A stretch of 64,000 nt of DNA from Methanomassiliicoccales archaeon. Lineage in GTDB: Archaea > Thermoplasmatota > Thermoplasmata > Methanomassiliicoccales > UBA472. The notes beneath the pieces are model-generated. The model was not told where the DNA came from. It worked only from the letters and a program-made list of their open reading frames with translations, and made no database searches. The first letter of the stretch is position 1, and each line of letters starts with the position of its first letter. Below, one piece after another: positions 55,108-64,000 of the stretch. A program made the translations under genes and the position numbers. The stretch spans positions 14,796 to 78,795 of the forward strand of contig DATJOX010000030.1 in assembly GCA_035506675.1 (NCBI GenBank). The letters run 5' to 3'.

Positions 55108-56580
55108 CTAAGGTAAGAAGAACGCGTGCGCCGCCTGCGTACAGGCGTCGATCACCGGCTGCGGGTACAGTCCGATGACCACCACGGCGACGAAGCAGAT
55201 CGCGACCGCGACCGACATCGAGGGGGAGATGTGCAGCCTGCTCTCAGGCCCCTTCTCCACATACATGTACTTCACGACCCTCGCGTAGTAGTACAGGGAG
55301 AGCGCCGAGTTGAGCACTCCCGCGACCGCCAACCAGATCATCCACTCGTTGCCCGCGATCTGCGAGGCGTAGACCGGCCCGGAGAAGAGCACGAACTTCG
55401 AGTCGAAGCCTGCCAGGGGTGGGATGCCAGCGAGCGAGAAGAGCATGATCGCGAACGCGAACGCCGTCAACGGCGCGCGCTTGCTCAACCCCTTGAAGTC
55501 GTCCAGCTTGTCGCCCAGCGCCGCCATCGAGAGGGAGGCCACGACGATGAACGCCCCGCCCTTCATGAAGGCGTGCGTCACGATGTGGAATATGCCTCCC
55601 GTCAGGCCGTAGGCCGCGACCGTCGGGTCGCTCACCGCCGCCACCGGCAGCGCGATAAGGATGTACCCCGCCTGCGCGATCGACGAGTACGCCAGCATGC
55701 GCTTGATGCTCGTCTGCGAGATCGCGATCAGGTTGCCGAGCGTCATCGTGACGACGGCGATGATCGCCGCCACCCCCATCCAGTCCGCGCGCACCGCGAT
55801 CATGCCGATGAGGAAGACCTTGAACAGGGCGACGAACCCCATCTTCTTGCTTCCCGCCGCCAGCATCGCGGTGATCGTGGTGGGCGCTCCCTCGTATACG
55901 TCGGGGGCCCACATGTGGAACGGAACGATCGCGACCTTGAACCCAAAGCCCGCGAGGATCATCACCGCCGCGAGCAGGATCGCTGCCAGCGATTCGGAGG
56001 TGGCGAGCGCGAGCTGCGACCCCATGAGCGCGAAGTTCGTCGTGCCGACGACGCCGTACAGCAGCGATATGCCGAAGAGCGCGAGCGCCGACGACAGTCC
56101 GCCGATGATGAAGTATTTCGTCGCCGCCTCCGCACCCTTCTTGTCCTTCTTGCGGAACGCCACCAGGGCGTACGAGGACAGGCTCGTGAGCTCGATGCCC
56201 ACGAACAGGGTGATGAGGTCGAGCGAGGACGCGACCACCATCATACCGACGGTCGCGAGCATTATCAGGGCGTAGTACTCGCCTGTATGCTTCTCCCGGT
56301 CCACGAACTTGATCGAGGCGATGATGACGTACAGAGCCACCGCCTGGAAGACCAGCATGAAGAGCGCCGAGAACGCGTCCAGGCGCAGCAGGTTCGCGAA
56401 GGTGCCCGCTCCGCTGCCGTCGTAGAAGAAGGCGGCGGTGAATAGCATCGAGCCCGCGACCCCTATCAGCGCCCATCCCGCGGTCGCCTTGTCGCTCTTG
56501 GTCACCGCGCGGACCGCCGGTGCGGCCAGGGCAAAGATCGCGAGCACGATTTCCGGGTACATTACAGAGTAGTCAGCCAT
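55108..56580 (-). CDS. nuoN: Fpo/Nuo-like complex subunit N
   Basis: 490-aa antiporter-like polytopic membrane protein, last gene of the operon. Confidence 0.85.
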   Translation of the reverse strand: MADYSVMYPEIVLAIFALAAPAVRAVTKSDKATAGWALIGVAGSMLFTAAFFYDGSGAGTFANLLRLDAFSALFMLVFQAVALYVIIASIKFVDREKHTGEYYALIMLATVGMMVVASSLDLITLFVGIELTSLSSYALVAFRKKDKKGAEAATKYFIIGGLSSALALFGISLLYGVVGTTNFALMGSQLALATSESLAAILLAAVMILAGFGFKVAIVPFHMWAPDVYEGAPTTITAMLAAGSKKMGFVALFKVFLIGMIAVRADWMGVAAIIAVVTMTLGNLIAISQTSIKRMLAYSSIAQAGYILIALPVAAVSDPTVAAYGLTGGIFHIVTHAFMKGGAFIVVASLSMAALGDKLDDFKGLSKRAPLTAFAFAIMLFSLAGIPPLAGFDSKFVLFSGPVYASQIAGNEWMIWLAVAGVLNSALSLYYYARVVKYMYVEKGPESRLHISPSMSVAVAICFVAVVVIGLYPQPVIDACTQAAHAFFLP

Positions 56581-58079
56581 CAGATCACCCCGAAGAGGTG
56601 CCCGAGCGCGCCCGCCGCCGGCCTAATGATATCGAAGATCACCGAGGGGTAGAGCCCGAACAGTATCAGGAAGCCGCAGAGCACCGCCAGCGGCACCGCC
56701 TCGTACCACGAAACGTCGCGCAGGTGGGACGTATCGATCCTGTCTGTGAGCGGCCCGAAGATCGTGCGCTGCATCGACCAGATGTAGTACGCGGCCGAGA
56801 TCGCAACGCTCATGATCGGGATCAGAAGCAGGTACTGCCAGGTCTGCCAGGTGGCGAAGAACACGGAGAACTCCGCCGCGAATCCGGCGAGGCCGGGGAG
56901 ACCGAGCGAGGCCATCCATCCGATCATCATGAACGTTGCCAACCAGGGAAGCTTGATGGCGAGACCGCCGAGCTTCGGGATCTCTCTCGTGCCCGCCTTG
57001 TGCTGGAACACGCCGCAGACCATGAAGAGGACCGCGGTGATGAGGCCGTGCGCGAACATCTGGAACGCGCCCGCGGCGATGCCGATCGAACCAAGCGTCG
57101 CTATGCCGAGCAGAACCAGGCCCATGTGCGAGATCGACGAGAACGCGACCATCTTCTTGAGGTCCTTCTGCGCCAGCGAAGCGAATCCGCCGTACAGGAT
57201 CGAGAGGACCGCGATCAGCAGGAGCAGCCACTGTAGCTGTTGCGCCCCGGTCGGCAGCGTCGGAAGGGCGATCCTCAGGATGCCGTAGGAGCCCATCTTC
57301 AGCAGCAGTCCGGCTAGGAGCACGGAGCCCGCGGTCGGAGCCTCGACGTGCGCGTCCGGCAACCAGGTATGGAATGGGACGACCGGCATCTTCACGCCGA
57401 AGCCGAAGAACAGCGCCGCGAACAGCGCCACCTGCAGCCCGGTGCTGAATCCCGGTGCCACCTGCTGGATCGCGATCATGTCGAACGTGCCAAGCCCTGA
57501 CTGGAAGTACAGCGCGAAGATCGCCAGCAGCATTACCAGCGAGGCGACGTGAGTGTAGATGAAGAACTTGATCGCAGCGTACTCGCGTCTCGGGCCTCCC
57601 CATATCGCTATGAGGAAGAACATCGGGATCAGGACGACCTCCCAGAAGACGTAGAACATGAAGTAGTCCAGAGAGGTGAACACGCCGATCACGCCGACCT
57701 CCAGGACCAGCATCAGTCCCATGTACTCCTTCGTGCGCTTCGTCACGTCCCAAGAGAATACGATGGCCAGGAAGCAAAGCAGCGCTGTCAGCCAGACCAT
57801 CGGCACACTGATGCCGTCCACGCCGACGGCGAAGTTGATGCCAAGCGCCTGGACCCAAGTGAACTTCTCGTAGTACTGGTAGTCGTTGACGCCGAGCTTC
57901 AGGATGTCGGTGTAGAGCAGCAGGATCGTCGCCAGGATCAGGGTCACGGCGGAGAACGCCAGCGCGGTGTATTTCGCCGCCTTCGCGTGCTTCCCAGTGA
58001 GGAAGGTGACGATCGCCCCGACCATCGGGATCAGGATCAGCAGGGTCAGGACGTGGATGTTCTGCAGGAGTTCCAGCAT
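56580..58079 (-). CDS. nuoM: Fpo/Nuo-like complex subunit M
   Basis: 499-aa antiporter-like subunit. Its stop overlaps the nuoN start by 1 nt. Confidence 0.85.
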   Translation of the reverse strand: MLELLQNIHVLTLLILIPMVGAIVTFLTGKHAKAAKYTALAFSAVTLILATILLLYTDILKLGVNDYQYYEKFTWVQALGINFAVGVDGISVPMVWLTALLCFLAIVFSWDVTKRTKEYMGLMLVLEVGVIGVFTSLDYFMFYVFWEVVLIPMFFLIAIWGGPRREYAAIKFFIYTHVASLVMLLAIFALYFQSGLGTFDMIAIQQVAPGFSTGLQVALFAALFFGFGVKMPVVPFHTWLPDAHVEAPTAGSVLLAGLLLKMGSYGILRIALPTLPTGAQQLQWLLLLIAVLSILYGGFASLAQKDLKKMVAFSSISHMGLVLLGIATLGSIGIAAGAFQMFAHGLITAVLFMVCGVFQHKAGTREIPKLGGLAIKLPWLATFMMIGWMASLGLPGLAGFAAEFSVFFATWQTWQYLLLIPIMSVAISAAYYIWSMQRTIFGPLTDRIDTSHLRDVSWYEAVPLAVLCGFLILFGLYPSVIFDIIRPAAGALGHLFGVI

Positions 58080-58083
58080 TCTA

Positions 58084-60015
58084 TCACCACCCTCCGAAGA
58101 CGTACATCAGAAGGAGAATGACGGCCAGAGCCCCGACGATCACCATCGCGTAGGTCTGCACCATCCCCGTCTGGATCTTCCTCAATACCTGCCCGAGGCG
58201 CACCGCCACGAAGCTGATGCCGTTGACCGCTCCGTCGACGATCTTGCGGTCGAACCAATCGGTGAGCCTTGCGAGCCCATAGATGACCTGCGTGCCGAAT
58301 GCGTCATAGGCCTGCGGGAAGTAGTAGCGGAAGAGGAGCAGGTCGTACACCTTCTTGCACGCGCCCTTCGTCGCCCAGTCCAGGCTCACGCTCTTCTTCT
58401 TGTATACCAGGTACGCGAGGGTGATGCCGAGCAGCGCCGCCGCGATCGAGACGTACGTGGTCCATTCCGAAAACACCGCCGTGAAGACGTCCGCGGCCGT
58501 CCTGACATCGGCTTCCTGGAAGAACACGACGCCGCCAAAGCCGAACAGCACGATCAGGCCGGAGGCGAAAGCGAACACCGCGAGGATCATCAGCGGCACG
58601 CTCATGACCTTCGGGGCCTCGTGCGCGTGATGCGCCGCCTCGCTCTCATGCCCGCTGAACGTCATGAACCAGAGGCGGAACATATAGAAGGCGGTGAGGA
58701 ACGCGGTCACGACGCCCATTACGTACAGCAGGTAGAACGCCCAGTTCACGGCGCCCGCATTGTAGACGGTCGCGAGGACCTCATCCTTCGACCAGAAGCC
58801 GCTGAGTGGCGGAATACCCGCGATCGACAGCGCCCCGATGAGCATCACGAACGAAGTGATCTTCATCTTCTTCGAGAGCCCGCCCATGAGCCGCATGTCT
58901 TCGGTGTGAACCGCGTGGATCACGGCGCCCGCGCTCAGGAAGAGGAGGGCCTTGAAGAAGGCGTGGTTCATGAGATGCGACATGCCGGCGGTGAAGCCGG
59001 CGCTGCCCTCGGCGACCAGTCCCTGCGACAGAACATATCCCCCAGCGCCGAGCGCGAGGAACATGTAGCCGAGTTGTGAGATGGTGGAGTACGCCAGAAC
59101 CCGCTTGATGTTCGGATTGTTGAGCGCCATCGTGGCGGCGAATATCGCCGTGAAGCCTCCGATGATCGCCACGAACAACATCACGTCCGGCGTCTGCACC
59201 ATCAGTGGGAACGAGCGAGCCACGAGGAACACGCCTGCCTTGACCATCGTCGCCGCATGGATCAACGCGGAAACGGTGGTAGGACCTTCCATGGCGTCGG
59301 GCAGCCAATCGTGCAGCGGGAACTGCGCGCTCTTGCCGATCGAGCCCCCGAAGAGCATGAACATGCCGAAGGCGAGGAGGGTCGTGTCGGTCGGATGCGC
59401 CGCGAAGACGTCGCGGAAGTTCAGCGAGCCGAACGAGGCGAAGATCGAGATGATCCCGACCATGAACATGATGTCGCCGATCCTCGTGACCAGGAAGGCC
59501 TTCTTCGCCGCCCGGGCCGCGGACGGCTTGTAGTACCAGAACCCGATGAGCAGGTACGAGCACAGGCCCATGATCTCCCAGAAGATGAACATCATCAGGT
59601 AGTTGCTCGAGATCACGAGCCCGAGCATGCCGACCACGAAGAGAGAGATCTCGACGTAGTAGCGGCGCTTCCTCTCGCCCTCCTCGTGCATGTAGCCGAT
59701 GGAGTAGATGAGGATGAGCGTGCACAGGATGCTGACGATGATCAGCATGACCGCGGTCAGGTTGTCGACGTAGTACCCCATGTCGAGCTGGAACGAACCT
59801 CCTAGGTTGAGCCAGGTCAACGATGCGGTCTGCAGGTCGCGCGAGCCCGTCAGGAACTCGTACGCCACCAGCAGCGAGAGCACCATCGAGGCGGCGATAC
59901 CGCCGACCGCGAAGTAGCCGCCACCCTCGGGCGTCTTCTTGCCCAGGAGGGCCACGAGCAGCAGGCCGATGATCGGGAATATCGGGATGAGCCAGGTATA
60001 TTCTACGAAGGTCAT
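58084..60015 (-). CDS. nuoL: Fpo/Nuo-like complex subunit L
   Basis: 643-aa antiporter-like subunit with a C-terminal extension typical of NuoL. Confidence 0.85.
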   Translation of the reverse strand: MTFVEYTWLIPIFPIIGLLLVALLGKKTPEGGGYFAVGGIAASMVLSLLVAYEFLTGSRDLQTASLTWLNLGGSFQLDMGYYVDNLTAVMLIIVSILCTLILIYSIGYMHEEGERKRRYYVEISLFVVGMLGLVISSNYLMMFIFWEIMGLCSYLLIGFWYYKPSAARAAKKAFLVTRIGDIMFMVGIISIFASFGSLNFRDVFAAHPTDTTLLAFGMFMLFGGSIGKSAQFPLHDWLPDAMEGPTTVSALIHAATMVKAGVFLVARSFPLMVQTPDVMLFVAIIGGFTAIFAATMALNNPNIKRVLAYSTISQLGYMFLALGAGGYVLSQGLVAEGSAGFTAGMSHLMNHAFFKALLFLSAGAVIHAVHTEDMRLMGGLSKKMKITSFVMLIGALSIAGIPPLSGFWSKDEVLATVYNAGAVNWAFYLLYVMGVVTAFLTAFYMFRLWFMTFSGHESEAAHHAHEAPKVMSVPLMILAVFAFASGLIVLFGFGGVVFFQEADVRTAADVFTAVFSEWTTYVSIAAALLGITLAYLVYKKKSVSLDWATKGACKKVYDLLLFRYYFPQAYDAFGTQVIYGLARLTDWFDRKIVDGAVNGISFVAVRLGQVLRKIQTGMVQTYAMVIVGALAVILLLMYVFGGW

Positions 60016-60016
60016 C

Positions 60017-60319
60017 TTACCACCTCAGCAAGGTCAAGTCGGGCAACTCCACCGTGTCCCTCTGCTTCTGCAGGTTGAGGAAGATCGCCAGACCCACAGC
60101 CACCTCGGCGGCGGCAATGGCGATCGAGAACATCGCGAAGACCTGTCCGGTGATGTCGCCGCGGTACGCCGCGAACGTCACGAAATTGATGTTCGCCGCG
60201 TTGAGCATGATCTCGATGGACATCAATACGACGATTGCGTTCTTGCGCGTGAGCACGCCGAAGGCGCCGATCACGAACAGGACGGCCGCGAGGCCCAGGA
60301 AGTACTCCTCCGGTATCAT
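60017..60319 (-). CDS. nuoK: Fpo/Nuo-like complex subunit K
   Basis: 100 aa with three TM helices. LMSIEIMLNAAN is the NuoK signature. Confidence 0.85.
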   Translation of the reverse strand: MIPEEYFLGLAAVLFVIGAFGVLTRKNAIVVLMSIEIMLNAANINFVTFAAYRGDITGQVFAMFSIAIAAAEVAVGLAIFLNLQKQRDTVELPDLTLLRW

Positions 60320-60556
60320 CTACTTGTCCTCCTGCGCGATGTAGACGCCGCCCAGCATCGAGGCGAACATCAGCAGACCGACGATGATCAGGGTCGGCCC
60401 CCAGCTCTCGAATATCGCGTTGCCGAGCTGTTGGTTCGTGAACTCTTGCAGCGTGCCGACCCATTGCACCGAGATGATGCTGCCCACGATGATGAGCAGC
60501 AGCGCGGCGCCCAGGAAGACCCCCATCAGCCAGCGTCTCCATTCATCGCGGCTCAC
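60320..60556 (-). CDS. nuoJ: Fpo/Nuo-like complex subunit J, C-terminal part (separate ORF)
   Basis: Two TM helices ending in GGVYIAQED. Possible starts are GTG 60556, ATG 60526 or ATG 60598. Confidence 0.6.
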   Translation of the reverse strand: MSRDEWRRWLMGVFLGAALLLIIVGSIISVQWVGTLQEFTNQQLGNAIFESWGPTLIIVGLLMFASMLGGVYIAQEDK

Positions 60557-60821
60557 AAGCGCCACCTCCGGAGAGACGCCTCTTGGTGAGCATGACACCG
60601 AATAGGATCAGGACGCTCACCGCGCCCACGTACACCAGTATCTGGATGATCGCGATGTATTCCGCGCTCAGGAAGATGAACGTGATCGCCACGCCCACGA
60701 AGGTCAACGCAAGCCACACCACGTTCCGCACGATCTCCTTCGAGGCGAGCACCATGATCGCGGCGAAGACCGTGAACGCGGCCATTATGAACCAGATTAT
60801 CACGTCCCAGGGGAGGGGCAT
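60543..60821 (-). CDS. nuoJ: Fpo/Nuo-like complex subunit J, N-terminal part (separate ORF)
   Basis: 92 aa. FLSAEYIAIIQILVYVGAVSVLILF is the NuoJ core, and the frame ends at 60543. Confidence 0.7.
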   Translation of the reverse strand: MPLPWDVIIWFIMAAFTVFAAIMVLASKEIVRNVVWLALTFVGVAITFIFLSAEYIAIIQILVYVGAVSVLILFGVMLTKRRLSGGGACEPR

Positions 60822-60822
60822 C

Positions 60823-61569
60823 TCACTTCACCTCCTTCATTGAAAGCGCGTCCTTCGGGCAGTTGTCAACGCACTGCTCGCAGGCGACGCAGAGAGCTTC
60901 ATCGAACTTCGGGCGCTTGATCGGGCGGCCCTTCTCGTTCTTGCCGACCTCGATCATCGTGACCGCTTCTGCAGGGCACACCTTCTCGCACTTCGAGCAG
61001 GAGATGCACTTCTTGTCCTCCAGGGCGGGAACGTCCCTCATCCCCGGTGGCGCGGTCTTGATGCTCTTGCCCTTCGAGCCCATTCCGATCTCCGACGGCT
61101 TGATCTCGAAGATGTCCACCGCCAGTCCGGGGCGGTCCTCGTATTGGAGCTTGAACGGGTCGTAGATGAGGTCCTGGCGCGAGTAGGCGGCGAGCTCGTA
61201 CTCCGGCGCCATGATCATCGCGTTCTTCGGGCAGTACTCGGCGCAGTATCCGCAGATCATGCACCGTCCGAGGTTCACCTGCGGCCTCTCTACCTTGCCC
61301 TTGTTCGGCAGCTCGACCTCGATGAGCTCGATGCACCCAGTGGGGCAAATCTTCTCGCAGATGTGGCAGCCGATGCACTTGTCCATGACCAGCGCCGGGC
61401 GACCGCGGTATCCGTCCGGGATGACGAGGCGTTCCCAAGGATAGAGGACCGTCACGGGTCGATTAAGCCCTCTGGAGGTGCGGAATGTCTCCCGTCCCAC
61501 GACCGCCATCGGCCTTGCCATGATCAGCTTCGGCTTCGGGCTCTTCCTGGACTTCTTCGGTTCCGCCAT
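60823..61569 (-). CDS. nuoI: Fpo/Nuo-like complex subunit I with an extra C-terminal 2x[4Fe-4S] ferredoxin domain
   Basis: Four CxxCxxCxxxCP motifs: CIGCHICEKICP, CMICGYCAEYCP, CISCSKCEKVCP and CVACEQCVDNCP. The N-terminus is Lys-rich. Confidence 0.85.
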   Translation of the reverse strand: MAEPKKSRKSPKPKLIMARPMAVVGRETFRTSRGLNRPVTVLYPWERLVIPDGYRGRPALVMDKCIGCHICEKICPTGCIELIEVELPNKGKVERPQVNLGRCMICGYCAEYCPKNAMIMAPEYELAAYSRQDLIYDPFKLQYEDRPGLAVDIFEIKPSEIGMGSKGKSIKTAPPGMRDVPALEDKKCISCSKCEKVCPAEAVTMIEVGKNEKGRPIKRPKFDEALCVACEQCVDNCPKDALSMKEVK

Positions 61570-62645
61570 CAGATCACCCCAAACATCCTGAGCCCGATGG
61601 CGATTGCGAGGTTGATCAACGCCAGCGGCATCAGCCTCGTCCAGCCGAGGCTAAGGATCTGCTTGGTGGTGACGCGAACGAGCGCGCCCCGCACCCAGAT
61701 CCAGACGAAGAACACTATGAAGATCTTGACGATGAACCAGATCTCAGGCCAGATGAAGCTCGGACCGGACCATCCGCCCAGGAAAAGCAGCACTGCGATC
61801 GAGCAGGCCACGAACCCGCGGATGTATTCCGACAAGAGAATGAGGCCGAACCTCATCCCTCCGTACTCGGTCATCCAGCCTTCCACCAGCTCGGCCTCCG
61901 CCTCCGGCAAGTCGAACGGGATGCGCTCGACCTCCGCGATCGCGGCGACCATGAACACCATGAACCCGATGAACTGCGGGATGATCAGCCAGGTGTTCGC
62001 TTCCTGGAAGTGAACTATATCTCCCAGGTTGAACGAGCCGACGAGAATGACAACTCCAGCGAGTGAAAGAAGCAGCGGGACCTCATAGGAGATCAGCTGC
62101 GCCGCCGCCCTCATCCCGCCCATGATCGTGTACTTGTTGTTCGATGCCCAACCGCCGACGAGAATCGCGAGGGGCGCCACTGAGAAGATCGCGAACACGA
62201 GCAACAGTCCGCCATTGATGTTCGCGAGCGTCCAGGAATCACTCATCGGGATGAGACCCATGAGCAAAGCGGAAGCACCGATGAGAATGATCGGGGCGGC
62301 GTTGTAAGCCCAGACGTCTACCTCGGTCGGGATGATGATCTCCTTGATGAACGCCTTCAGGCCGTCCGCGAAGTTCTGGAACAGCCCGAGGACGCCGACC
62401 TGCGTTCCGCGCCGGTCCATGAGACGACCGAGGACCTTCCTCTCCTCCCAGATGAGCGTGATCGAGACCAGGAAGCCGACGATGAAGACGACCAGAGCGA
62501 CCAGGAACACCGTGACGAAGGCGATCGGGCCTGGCGACCGGAACCAATCGCCCACGCCGTGAAGCGTGAGCCAGTCGAATAGGCCTCCGATGAGGCCCAT
62601 AAGCCACGTCGCGATGCCCATGATGAACGTGTAAAGGTCCGCCAT
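61569..62645 (-). CDS. nuoH: Fpo/Nuo-like complex subunit H
   Basis: 358-aa polytopic membrane protein with a NuoH-like pattern (ERKVLGRLMDRRG, EAEAELVEG). Confidence 0.85.
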   Translation of the reverse strand: MADLYTFIMGIATWLMGLIGGLFDWLTLHGVGDWFRSPGPIAFVTVFLVALVVFIVGFLVSITLIWEERKVLGRLMDRRGTQVGVLGLFQNFADGLKAFIKEIIIPTEVDVWAYNAAPIILIGASALLMGLIPMSDSWTLANINGGLLLVFAIFSVAPLAILVGGWASNNKYTIMGGMRAAAQLISYEVPLLLSLAGVVILVGSFNLGDIVHFQEANTWLIIPQFIGFMVFMVAAIAEVERIPFDLPEAEAELVEGWMTEYGGMRFGLILLSEYIRGFVACSIAVLLFLGGWSGPSFIWPEIWFIVKIFIVFFVWIWVRGALVRVTTKQILSLGWTRLMPLALINLAIAIGLRMFGVI

Positions 62646-62649
62646 CAGC

Positions 62650-63735
62650 TCACCGGTCCGTCTCCCCGAGGCACATGTCCACCGACCCCATGATCGACGG
62701 CACGTCCGCGACCTTGTAACCCTTGAGCATGACCGGTGACGCGGAAACGGTCACGAAGATCGGCGAGCGCACCTTGAGCCGGTACGGCTTGTCGTCCCCG
62801 TTCCCGATGATATACATGAGTCCCTCGCCTCGAGGGTCCTCGACGTGCGCCCAGGCGCTCTTGCCCTTCGGCGCGTTGCGCGGCGGCTTCAGGCGGTGTG
62901 GCCCCTCGGGCATCTTCTTGATCGCCTGGCGGATGATGTCGCAGGACTCGTACATCTCGTCGATGCGCACGCGGTATCTCGAGAACGCATCGCAGCCGTC
63001 GCGAGTGCAGACGTTGAAGTCGATGTCCGGGTAGGCGTCGTATGGGTCGTCCCGGCGGATGTCATAGTCGACGCCCGACCCCCTCAGGTTCGGTCCGGTG
63101 ACGCCCAAGTTCTTCGCATCCTCGGGCGTCAGCATTCCGACCCCCTCGGTGCGCATGCGGAAGATCGTGCTCTCGTCGCAGAGCGCCTCATAGTCCTTCA
63201 GCTTCTTCTCGAAGTGGTTCAGGACGCGGGTGAAGTCGCGCTCGAAGTTCGCGGGAACATCGTTCCGAACGCCTCCGATGCGCGGGTAGTTGTAAGTCAT
63301 CCTCGCGCCGCAGAGGTTCTGCATGAGGTCGAGGAACAGCTCCCTCTCCCTCATCGGGTACAGAAAGATAGTATAGGAACCGAGGTCGGTCCCGAGGGCC
63401 GCGAGCCACATCAGGTGCGAACCGATCCTTTGCGCTTCCAGCACGATCGTGCGGATGTACTTCGCGCGCTCCGGGCACTCGATGTCCATGAGCTTCTCGG
63501 CGGTCAGGCAGTACAGGTGGCTCCAGCTCATCGAGGCGCCGTAGCAAAGGCGGTCCGCCATCGGGATGATCTGGGGATACATGCGGTGCTCCGTGAGCTT
63601 CTCCCAACCGCGGTGCAGGTACCCGACCACCGGCTCCGCCTCGGTGATCGTCTCGCCGTCGATCTTCACGCGGAGGTTCCAGAGCCCGTGCGTCATCGGG
63701 TGCTGCGGGCCCATGTTGATCCACATCTCTGCCAT
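62650..63735 (-). CDS. nuoD: Fpo/Nuo-like complex subunit D
   Basis: NMGPQHPMTHG, GYLHRG.EK and a C-terminal GS.D...GE.DR. The ORF opens at 63888, and the ATG at 63735 gives the conserved N-terminus. Confidence 0.85.
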   Translation of the reverse strand: MAEMWINMGPQHPMTHGLWNLRVKIDGETITEAEPVVGYLHRGWEKLTEHRMYPQIIPMADRLCYGASMSWSHLYCLTAEKLMDIECPERAKYIRTIVLEAQRIGSHLMWLAALGTDLGSYTIFLYPMRERELFLDLMQNLCGARMTYNYPRIGGVRNDVPANFERDFTRVLNHFEKKLKDYEALCDESTIFRMRTEGVGMLTPEDAKNLGVTGPNLRGSGVDYDIRRDDPYDAYPDIDFNVCTRDGCDAFSRYRVRIDEMYESCDIIRQAIKKMPEGPHRLKPPRNAPKGKSAWAHVEDPRGEGLMYIIGNGDDKPYRLKVRSPIFVTVSASPVMLKGYKVADVPSIMGSVDMCLGETDR

Positions 63736-63737
63736 GC

Positions 63738-64000
63738 TCAGACCCTCCTGCCGGTGACGAAGTCCTTCCTGAACGGGAATACCTCGGTGCCCTCGGGGTT
63801 CAGGATGCGCTCGAGCTTCGGGTGGCCGAGGAAGACGATGCCAAACATGTCGTACGTCTCCCTCTCGTGCCAGTTCGCACCGCCCCAAAGCGGGGTGATG
63901 GAATCGACCTCCGGCTTGTCGCGCGGAAGGTCCACGACTACCTCGAGCGTCGCGCAGTTCGCGTACGAGGTGATGTGATAGACAGTCTGCATCTTGTTCT
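63738..64000 (-). CDS. nuoC: Fpo/Nuo-like complex subunit C, C-terminal part (gene continues beyond the right edge)
   Basis: ANWHERETYDMFGIVF.GHP is the NuoC signature. The listed ATG at 63992 is probably internal. Confidence 0.75.
   Translation of the reverse strand, partial: NKMQTVYHITSYANCATLEVVVDLPRDKPEVDSITPLWGGANWHERETYDMFGIVFLGHPKLERILNPEGTEVFPFRKDFVTGRRV

Noticed and set aside
55126-59725. Several 300-440-aa ORFs (55126-56445 plus strand, 55244-56476 minus, 56623-57858 minus, 57967-59079 plus, 58781-59725 minus)
   Set aside because: They are out-of-frame or antisense shadows of nuoN, nuoM and nuoL. Their translations are Arg/Asp/His/Gly-rich with no hydrophobic helices, whereas the called frames give textbook antiporter-like membrane proteins.
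62845-63978. 377-aa ORF on the plus strand
   Set aside because: It is antisense to nuoD and nuoC, which carry unmistakable signatures.
1-64000. CRISPR arrays, rRNA genes, IS elements with terminal inverted repeats
   Set aside because: No regularly spaced direct repeats, rRNA-like conserved blocks or transposase-like ORFs were seen on reading through the window.

Overview
This is a high-GC archaeal chromosome segment. Archaeal markers include exosome Csl4, Nob1, an aCPSF-type beta-CASP nuclease, geranylgeranyl reductase and a FilR1-like regulator. The organism makes coenzyme F430, so it is a methanogen or alkane-oxidising archaeon. HdrBC, MvhD, an HdrD-like protein and an Fpo/Nuo-like complex would fit Methanomassiliicoccales-type energy metabolism, but that is inference only. 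Layout: 0.4-13.9 kb holds housekeeping genes, hdrBC, mvhD plus an hdrD-like gene, a radical-SAM activase and three paralogous KaiC-like ATPases. tRNA-Val(CAC) lies at 13913-13985, followed by a tyrosine-recombinase gene and small ORFs. Next comes a contiguous block encoding the pathway from glutamyl-tRNA to coenzyme F430: hemA, hemL, hemB, a hemC-cobA fusion, hemD, sirC and cfbA-E-D-C-B. The same block carries nikR and a CbiMNQO/NikMNQO-type ECF nickel/cobalt importer. An imperfect copy of the tRNA-Val 3' end at 32900-32932 closes this 18.9 kb stretch. 33-41.4 kb holds cardiolipin synthase, regulators, a response regulator with PAS domains and a class II photolyase, all at visibly lower GC. 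41.7-54.9 kb returns to high GC with two G3E GTPase paralogues, regulators, RNA-processing genes and isoprenoid genes. 55.1-64.0 kb is an Fpo/Nuo-like operon in the order C-D-H-I-J(split)-K-L-M-N, running off the right edge. No CRISPR array or rRNA gene was seen. The high-GC flanks contain many long antisense shadow ORFs, which I did not call. All coordinates and motifs come from reading the sequence and ORF track. Family assignments rest on motif and pattern recognition, not on database searches.
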